This document shows, one piece after another, positions 57,515 through 64,000 of a DNA stretch of 64,000 nucleotides. The notes under the pieces were generated by a model that saw only the letters and a list, made by a program, of their open reading frames with translations, was not told the origin of the DNA and ran no database searches. The position numbers were made by a program, and so were the translations under genes. Position 1 is the first letter of the stretch; the number at the start of each line of letters is the position of its first letter. Source of the stretch: an uncultured delta proteobacterium (GTDB lineage: Bacteria; Desulfobacterota; Desulfobacteria; Desulfobacterales; JAHEIW01); assembly GCA_963706575.1 (NCBI GenBank), contig CAVPNL010000001.1:128001-192000 (forward strand), given 5' to 3'.

Positions 57515-59293
57515 TTATTCCACGAAAAGAGATACATTTTCGCCGGATTTCAGGTTTACCAATCCCTCCTCACAGATTCTCAGGTAGGGGATCGCGGAGC
57601 CGGTTAAAGTTGTCAGGGAAAGGACCGGGTCGGGGAAGGGGATGCCCTGTTTGTGCGCCGCCCGGGTGACTTTTTCAAATTGTTGAACAAGATCCTTCAT
57701 TCTCAGGTCCGAAATATTGCCGAAAATTGGCATCGGTAATTCTGCAAGAATTTTTCCATCTTCACAGACAACCGCACCGCCTTGCATGCTGTGGATGCGG
57801 TTGACGGCCGTCGCCATGTCACTGTCGTTGGTTCCGGCCACGATAATATCTGAAGTATCCCAGGCAGCGCTGCAGGCGAAGGCGCCGGCTTTTAAGCCGA
57901 ATCCTTTGACCAGCCCCGCAAATAGACGACCGGGGGTATGGGTTCGATCAATAGCTGCTATTTTGACAATATCCTTATTTAGATCAACAGTAATTTGCCC
58001 GTCGTTAACCGGCAGGCGCTCCTCGATTTCAGCGGTAACCAGATCGGTGACCATGTTCATCACGCGAACCTTTATGTTTTCGACATTTTCAGGTGCGCGG
58101 ATAACAAAATCCGAGGGTGTCAACTCGCGCGGCAGTTTAACACTGTTTAAACTATCGGCTGAAAAAGAATGCGATTGCGGAGCCGCCAGCAAATCTCCGT
58201 TTTGGGCGATAATCCGCCCGTTGCTGACGACCACCTGCGCAGCGATGGTGGTGTCATCCGGGATGATCACAAAATCGGCCAATCTCCCCGGCGCAATGCC
58301 GCCGATCAGATGGTCTAACGAAAAATGATCGGCCACATTCAGGGTGGCCATCTGAATGGCGTTGATCGGCTCGAATCCGTAATCAATTGCCTTTTGAACC
58401 AGGGCCTCCATATAGCCGTTTGCCATCAGGTCGGCCGGCGTTATGCCGTCGCTCACCAGAACCAATCGACGCAAATCAATGCCGTGGTCTTTGATTTTGG
58501 CGATTTCTTGCAGATCTTTGCGGACAGCACCCTCACGAACCATGACATGAAGCCCCAGCCGCAGTCGATCAAGGACCTGATCGGCATTGATGGGTTCATG
58601 GCAGGATGATATGCCGCTGGCGATATAGGCCGCCAGCTTTTTTTCGCTGGCACCGGCGGAATGCCCTTCGAGAGTCTTGCCGGCCCGCTGGGTTTGTTCG
58701 AATAAAGCCAAAAGCCAGTCGGGTTCCTGAAGCACAGCCTGCCAGTAGGATTCGCCCAGACCAACGATATCATCACGTTCAAGAAGCTTTTGCAGGTGTT
58801 CCCTTGAAATTCCCCGAGCCGCTTTGCTGATGGATATCGTTGCGGGGGCAGTCGACCATATTTTGACAGGCTGATTTTTAAACGATTCCAGAAGATCAAC
58901 GATTCCCGCGTATCCGGCAACCAGGAAAACCTCCAGGGTTTCCGTTACGATGGTGGTGGTACCGCCAGTAGCGGCGTATCTTAAAAACTCATCGACTTTA
59001 CACAGCCAGCCCAGGTGGGTGTGGCCGTCAATCAGACCGGGAATAACCGTCTGGCCTCTGGCGTCGATCACCTCGGTTTTGGGCCCGATCGTTTCGTCTG
59101 GATTTCGGCCGACATACGCAACCCATTTCCCTTTAATGCTGACGGCGCAATCATTGATAAACTCACCGGTGTAAACGTTTGCCAGGCGGGCATTCACCAC
59201 TGCCAGATCGGCCTTGTCCTGTCCCAGGGCGACTTTCATCAACGCTTGGGATTCACCGGTATTTTTTAAATAAGCGGATGTTGTTTTTGCCAC
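57515..59293 (-). CDS. ade: Adenine deaminase (AdeC-type amidohydrolase)
   Basis: PGLIDGHTH, EGH, SCHE, REG and ATLN..G.IAPGRLAD motifs; AdeC C-terminal domain. Confidence 0.88.
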   Translation of the reverse strand: MAKTTSAYLKNTGESQALMKVALGQDKADLAVVNARLANVYTGEFINDCAVSIKGKWVAYVGRNPDETIGPKTEVIDARGQTVIPGLIDGHTHLGWLCKVDEFLRYAATGGTTTIVTETLEVFLVAGYAGIVDLLESFKNQPVKIWSTAPATISISKAARGISREHLQKLLERDDIVGLGESYWQAVLQEPDWLLALFEQTQRAGKTLEGHSAGASEKKLAAYIASGISSCHEPINADQVLDRLRLGLHVMVREGAVRKDLQEIAKIKDHGIDLRRLVLVSDGITPADLMANGYMEALVQKAIDYGFEPINAIQMATLNVADHFSLDHLIGGIAPGRLADFVIIPDDTTIAAQVVVSNGRIIAQNGDLLAAPQSHSFSADSLNSVKLPRELTPSDFVIRAPENVENIKVRVMNMVTDLVTAEIEERLPVNDGQITVDLNKDIVKIAAIDRTHTPGRLFAGLVKGFGLKAGAFACSAAWDTSDIIVAGTNDSDMATAVNRIHSMQGGAVVCEDGKILAELPMPIFGNISDLRMKDLVQQFEKVTRAAHKQGIPFPDPVLSLTTLTGSAIPYLRICEEGLVNLKSGENVSLFVE

Positions 59294-59416
59294 TGTAAAA
59301 GCGATCCTTTCATTGCGGAATAATATGTCCTAAATTGAGCGTTTCAAGTTTTAAAAATGAATATTTTGTTTTATATTAAATGAATTCTGTCGATTTATAT
59401 ATTTTTAAAATTTGAA

Positions 59417-59540
59417 ACCCCACTGGGGATTGCCGATCTTACCGCATCTACGGCGTCAGATGCCGCTCCGCATAGTCAACTATAGCGAAACGACATCTGC
59501 CTTGTAGCTGCGGCAACCTCGACAATCGCTCAGCATAGGT
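59417..59540. repeat. MITE/REP-like hairpin element, copy 2
   Basis: GATTGCCGATCTTA..CAGATGCCG..CATCTGCCTTGTAGCTGCGGCAA..TCGACAATCGCTCAGC.TAGGT shared with 3389-3549. Confidence 0.78.
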
Positions 59541-59592
59541 ATTTGTAATATCGTTTCTTAGCATCCATAAAAGAATTTTGGAAAGGAAAAAA

Positions 59593-61080
59593 ATGAACAT
59601 TGCTTCTATTTTAGAAAAATCGGCCTTTTATTTTCCGGATCACATTGCTGTTGTCGATAACGACAAGCGCATCCGCTTCAATCAATTTAATCGCGACGCC
59701 AGCCGGGTCGCTTCGGCCCTGCATGGCAGAGGGATCCGGCCCGGTGACCATGTGGCGTTGTGCGCTCCCAACTCATACGACTGGCTGGCTTTTTATTTTG
59801 GTGTACTCCGAGCCGGTGCGGTGGCGGTGACCTTTTCGCACCTGTTGACGAAAAATGAGCTGGCTAAAATTATGCTGGACTGCAAACCCAAGGCGCTGCT
59901 AGCCGCGGACCAAAAGCTGACGGATTTGAGTGAAATCCAAAAACCGGCCCGGCCCGGGCTGATTATCTCTGAAAATGGTGATATCTCATTTGATCGTTTG
60001 GCAGCCGAAGGAAGCCCCGGGTTTAAGATCGTCGATCGGCATCGGCAGGACACGGCCGCTATCCTGTACACGGGGGGGACCACCGGAATTCCCAAAGGTG
60101 CCATGCTGAGCCACGAAAATCTGCAGACCTCCACCTTTAATGTGGCGCATTATGAGCGTTCAACCGAAAATGACCGTTGCCTTTGCTTTTTACCCCTCAA
60201 TCATGTGTTTGGGCAGGTCCACATTACCCTTTCCACGGTTTACAGTGGTGGCGGTTTAATGATTCAACAGGCCTTTGATCTGGATGAAGCTGTTGCTGCC
60301 ATCGAACGCCATCAAATTACCAAATTTTACGCCGTGCCGACCATTTACATTCGATTGCTGGAATTGACGGACCTGTCAGAACGATTTAAATCCATTCGCT
60401 ATTGTTTTTCGGCAGCAGCCAGTATGGCTGCCGAGGTGGTCCGGGAGTGGAAGGCACGCACCGGCCTGGATATCCATGAATCCTATGGCATGACCGAAAG
60501 CGCTGCAATGGTAACGTATAATCATTACTACCGTCACGTGGTCGGTTCGGTCGGTATACCGGTTGATCTGGTGGAGGTGCAAATTAGGGATTTTGAGGGA
60601 ACGGTTTTAAAGCAGGGCGAAGCGGGTGAGATCTGTATCTGTGGGCCAAACATTACAAAGGGCTATTTGAACAATCCCACAGAAACCAAAGCCGCATTTT
60701 GGGGAAACTGGTTTCGCTCCGGGGATATCGGCTATTTTGATGAAGACGGTTATCTGTTTATCGTTGATCGCCTGAAGGATATGATTATCACCGGTGGCGA
60801 AAACGTTTATCCGCGAGAAGTTGAAGAGATACTGTATACCCGGCCTGAGGTTCAAGAATGCGCAGTAGTCGGGCTGCCGGACAAAGAATATGGCGAACGG
60901 GTTACCGCCTTTATTATCGCTCAAAAAGGCCAGAAACCGGATCCGGCTGAGCTTAAAGCCTATTTGAAGACGTGCCTCGCCGGTTTCAAGGTTCCCAAAG
61001 AATATATCGTAGTGGACGAGCTACCGAAAAACCCGGCCGGTAAACTGCTAAAACGCGAAATAAAGAAGCAGTTTACTTAA
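59593..61080 (+). CDS. Long-chain fatty acid/acyl-CoA ligase
   Basis: YTGGTTGIPKG, SYGMTE, SGD and DRLKDMIITGGENVYP motifs. Confidence 0.92.
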   Translation: MNIASILEKSAFYFPDHIAVVDNDKRIRFNQFNRDASRVASALHGRGIRPGDHVALCAPNSYDWLAFYFGVLRAGAVAVTFSHLLTKNELAKIMLDCKPKALLAADQKLTDLSEIQKPARPGLIISENGDISFDRLAAEGSPGFKIVDRHRQDTAAILYTGGTTGIPKGAMLSHENLQTSTFNVAHYERSTENDRCLCFLPLNHVFGQVHITLSTVYSGGGLMIQQAFDLDEAVAAIERHQITKFYAVPTIYIRLLELTDLSERFKSIRYCFSAAASMAAEVVREWKARTGLDIHESYGMTESAAMVTYNHYYRHVVGSVGIPVDLVEVQIRDFEGTVLKQGEAGEICICGPNITKGYLNNPTETKAAFWGNWFRSGDIGYFDEDGYLFIVDRLKDMIITGGENVYPREVEEILYTRPEVQECAVVGLPDKEYGERVTAFIIAQKGQKPDPAELKAYLKTCLAGFKVPKEYIVVDELPKNPAGKLLKREIKKQFT

Positions 61081-61115
61081 CCGTTGGCGACAATGCCAAC
61101 TGCGACTACAACTAT

Positions 61116-61212
61116 TTACCACAAGAGCTCACAGAGAATTTTTAAGAATTATACTGTAACAACAACAGCATACCAAACTCTATCTCTGTGGTCTCTGTGC
61201 ACTCTGTGGTAA
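61116..61212. repeat. Inverted array of 9-nt units (CACAGAG / CTCTGTG)
   Basis: TTACCACAAGAGCTCACAGAG ... CTCTGTGGTCTCTGTGCACTCTGTGGTAA between convergent genes. Confidence 0.7.
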
Positions 61213-61218
61213 GATTAT

Positions 61219-62310
61219 CTACGGTTCGCAGGTTACGTGGCAAATACCGGTCGGCGAATCAACGACATATGGAAAATATTTGCGCTTAAACCAGAGCGCC
61301 ACGTTTACCAGACTGATGAGCACCGGCACTTCCACCAGCGGGCCGATGACCGCTGCAAATGCCTGCCCCGAGTCAATCCCGAAAACCGCTACGGCCACCG
61401 CAATCGCCAATTCAAAATTGTTTGAAGCAGCTGTAAAACTCAAGGTGGTGGACTGTTCATATGTCGCCCCAACTTTCATGGATAAAACAAATGAAACAAA
61501 AAACATAATCACAAAATAGATGCACAGCGGGATGGCGATGCGGACTACATCGAAGGGCAGCTGAACAATATATTCACCCTTTAAAGAGAACATCACCACA
61601 ATGGTGAACAGCAATGCTATCAATGTGATCGGGCTTATTTTCGGGATAAATTTGTTCTCATACCATTCGATGCCCTTTGTTTTCAGCCCGATGATGCGGC
61701 TGATGATCCCGCCAATAAACGGGATACCCAGATAAATGAAGACACTTTCGGCGATCTGGCCGATGGAAATATCGACGACCGCTCCTTTAAGACCGATCCA
61801 TTGCGGCACCACCGTGATAAAGATATAGGCATAAACCGAAAAAAACAGAACCTGGAAAATCGAATTAAAGGCCACCAGTCCGGCACAGTACTCGCGATCT
61901 CCTGCAGCCAGATCATTCCAGACGATCACCATGGCGATGCAGCGCGCCAGGCCGATCAGAATCAGTCCCACCATGTATTCATGCTGGCCGGATAAAAATG
62001 TGATTGCCAGAAGAAACATTAAAATGGGGCCGATGACCCAGTTTTGCACCAATGACAGCAATAACACTTTTACGTTGCGAAACACCTGTCCGAGCTGTTC
62101 GTACTTAACCTTGGCCAGTGGCGGGTACATCATCAGGATCAAGCCGATGGCAATCGGAATATTGGTTGTCCCCACCTGGAAGGTGTTGATTATCTGACGA
62201 ATGTCCGGATAAAAATAGCCGCCGCCGACGCCGACAAACATGGCCAGAAATATCCACAGGGTTAAGAAGCGATCCAGAAATGAAAGCTTTTTTGCGGTTG
62301 AATCGGTCAT
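61219..62310 (-). CDS. acr3: ACR3 family arsenite efflux transporter
   Basis: [42 protein letters not shown] and GPLVEVP motifs. Confidence 0.96.
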   Translation of the reverse strand: MTDSTAKKLSFLDRFLTLWIFLAMFVGVGGGYFYPDIRQIINTFQVGTTNIPIAIGLILMMYPPLAKVKYEQLGQVFRNVKVLLLSLVQNWVIGPILMFLLAITFLSGQHEYMVGLILIGLARCIAMVIVWNDLAAGDREYCAGLVAFNSIFQVLFFSVYAYIFITVVPQWIGLKGAVVDISIGQIAESVFIYLGIPFIGGIISRIIGLKTKGIEWYENKFIPKISPITLIALLFTIVVMFSLKGEYIVQLPFDVVRIAIPLCIYFVIMFFVSFVLSMKVGATYEQSTTLSFTAASNNFELAIAVAVAVFGIDSGQAFAAVIGPLVEVPVLISLVNVALWFKRKYFPYVVDSPTGICHVTCEP

Positions 62311-62341
62311 CAGAACATCTCCGTTGCTACATTTTTTACAT

Positions 62342-62854
62342 TTATTGATACTTTGCGGCGGCTGCGCTTAACAGCGCCTTGAGCTGTGGTTTTTTGGGCA
62401 TCGAGCCGATTGCCTTGACCTCGCCGTTGATGATTAGGGCAGGGGTGCCCGTTATCCCGTAATTTCCGATTTCGGCGGGATCGGTTACATGCTCGATATC
62501 GGCTACAAGATCCATTTCAGTCATCACCGTCATCAGGTCTTGTTCCACATCGTCACAACAGGGACAACCGCTGCCCAGAACCTTAATTTCCAGACCTTCC
62601 AGCTTGCTCCGTTCATAAGGCTTCCCGACAAATTTTTTATATTCCCGTAAAAAAGCCTGTTCGTAATCTGTCCGGCTATTTTCAGGTATGTAATTTAATC
62701 TGGACAACCGCCGAATCAGCTCATCGCTGACCTCATCATCCGATCTAGCGGCAAGCTCTCGGGAAACTTCCTCCAGAACATGCTTTAATCCAATAATGCC
62801 CATGCGGTGACGTCCAACTTTTATCTGGTTGACTTCATCTTTTTTCATGATCAT
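62342..62854 (-). CDS. Small redox-active thioredoxin-like protein with an N-terminal extension
   Basis: [11 protein letters not shown] and [11 protein letters not shown] motifs; ars cluster context. Confidence 0.85.
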   Translation of the reverse strand: MIMKKDEVNQIKVGRHRMGIIGLKHVLEEVSRELAARSDDEVSDELIRRLSRLNYIPENSRTDYEQAFLREYKKFVGKPYERSKLEGLEIKVLGSGCPCCDDVEQDLMTVMTEMDLVADIEHVTDPAEIGNYGITGTPALIINGEVKAIGSMPKKPQLKALLSAAAAKYQ

Positions 62855-62955
62855 TCGACTTTCTGTTCAGCGGTGGATTATTCCCGGGCGCGATCTTCTT
62901 ATATTTCCGGTTAAACAGTCATTTGGGGAAATCCCCGCGCGCCAGGATCGATCGA

Positions 62956-64000
62956 TCAGGCAAAAAAGCGGCCAAAGATCATGCCGCTGATTGTGGCCAT
63001 TACGACCACCAGGCTAACAAAGGCGATGGTTTTTGTTGTCCCTAAAACACTTCTAATGACGATCATATTCGGCAGGCTGAGGGCGGGACCCGCCAGTAAC
63101 AGGGCCAAAGCCGGCCCCTTGCCCATACCGGCGCCAAGAAGACCCTGTAGAATCGGGATCTCCGTCAATGTGGCAAAGTACATAAATGCACCGGCTACGG
63201 ATGCAAACAGGTTGGCCCACAGCGAGTTGCCTCCCACCAGGCTGTTGACCCAATGAGATGAAATGAGGCCCTGCGATCCGGGTCGTCCGAACAGCAAACC
63301 TGCGGCCAAAACACCGGCAAACAGCAGCGGCATGATCTGTTTGGCAAAGTCCCAGGTTGCAAGAAACCAGTTTTCGGTTTCACCTCTGGTAGAGGTAAGC
63401 AGCACCACCAGCGCGATGATCCCACCAGCAAAGGCGATGAGCGGTTCATGAGGAAAGAGCAGTGCCAGGACCAAAACCGCTGCAACCGCTATGATTAATT
63501 TATACGCTTTAACCTTGAACCAGGTAACAAGCATTATCGCCAGAAGCGTCGCAAAACCCCCGGTTATCAGCCACTTGATGTTGTAAATGCTATGCCAAAG
63601 ACCTGCGGGTTGCACCGGTTTGCCCCAGGTCCCGAAAACAAGGATACCTACCATTGTCGCAAAATAAATAACATTTTGCCACAGGGGTCGCTGCACTTCC
63701 GGCTCGGGCATATAAACAGGGGACTGGGCCTTTGCTTGTTCTTCTTTCCTGAATAAAAGATGCATGAGAAGGCCGATAACGATGCTGAAAACCACCGCCC
63801 CCGCGGCCCTGGCTATTCCGATGGTTACCCCGAGAACGCGGGCGGTAAGCACAATTGCCAGTACATTTACCGCAGGACCGGAGTAGAGAAAAGCGGTCGC
63901 CGGTCCCAATCCGGCCCCTCGCTTCCAGATGCCGGCAAAAAGAGGGAGCACGGTGCAGGAGCAGACTGCTAATATGGTGCCGGAAACCGAGGCCACCCCG
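62956..64000 (-). CDS. ArsP/DUF318 family permease; 5' end outside the window
   Basis: VCSCTVLP, FLYSGPAVN, MYFATLTEIP and AGPALSLP motifs. Confidence 0.9.
   Translation of the reverse strand, partial: GVASVSGTILAVCSCTVLPLFAGIWKRGAGLGPATAFLYSGPAVNVLAIVLTARVLGVTIGIARAAGAVVFSIVIGLLMHLLFRKEEQAKAQSPVYMPEPEVQRPLWQNVIYFATMVGILVFGTWGKPVQPAGLWHSIYNIKWLITGGFATLLAIMLVTWFKVKAYKLIIAVAAVLVLALLFPHEPLIAFAGGIIALVVLLTSTRGETENWFLATWDFAKQIMPLLFAGVLAAGLLFGRPGSQGLISSHWVNSLVGGNSLWANLFASVAGAFMYFATLTEIPILQGLLGAGMGKGPALALLLAGPALSLPNMIVIRSVLGTTKTIAFVSLVVVMATISGMIFGRFFA

Noticed and set aside
62342..62854. Selenocysteine in the ars-linked thioredoxin or other TGA-ending ORFs
   Set aside because: The CxxC is encoded by Cys codons, and the other TGA stops I checked fall at natural C-termini.

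Overview
Bacterial DNA. The gene content (aor, iorAB, frhB-like, FmdE/FmdB, corrinoid methyltransferases) points to an anaerobe, probably a sulfate-reducer-type deltaproteobacterium; this is an inference. There are four blocks. (1) 1-29 kb: an aromatic-acid catabolic region with two atypical reductive dehalogenases (one cytoplasmic NpRdhA-like, one with N-terminal membrane helices), two acetylene-hydratase-like Mo/W-bisPGD enzymes with Fe-S subunits, a PaaK-type ligase, IorAB, an FrhB-like protein, a non-pyrrolysine MttB and a Liv-type ABC operon carrying two frameshifts. (2) 29-44 kb: an IclR-led cluster for breakdown of a probably N-methylated amino compound (aminotransferase III, AOR, HcnABC-like dehydrogenase, corrinoid protein, MttB, BKACE, DAO, CoxG). 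(3) 44.7-56.9 kb: an AT-rich accessory island of co-oriented single-gene modules. These sit in a lattice of GAT-N10/11-ATC palindromes, with a 36-bp repeat, a ~300-bp duplication, two integron-type attC cassettes lacking an integrase, and an IS1182. The island also holds a gene missed by the ORF track: a MerB (organomercurial lyase)-like protein with in-frame UGA codons at both catalytic Cys positions, each followed by a SECIS-like hairpin, i.e. a predicted double-selenocysteine protein. (4) 57-64 kb: adenine deaminase, an acyl-CoA ligase and an arsenic-resistance cluster. No rRNA, tRNA or CRISPR array was recognised. All calls come from motif recognition by eye; no database search was run.
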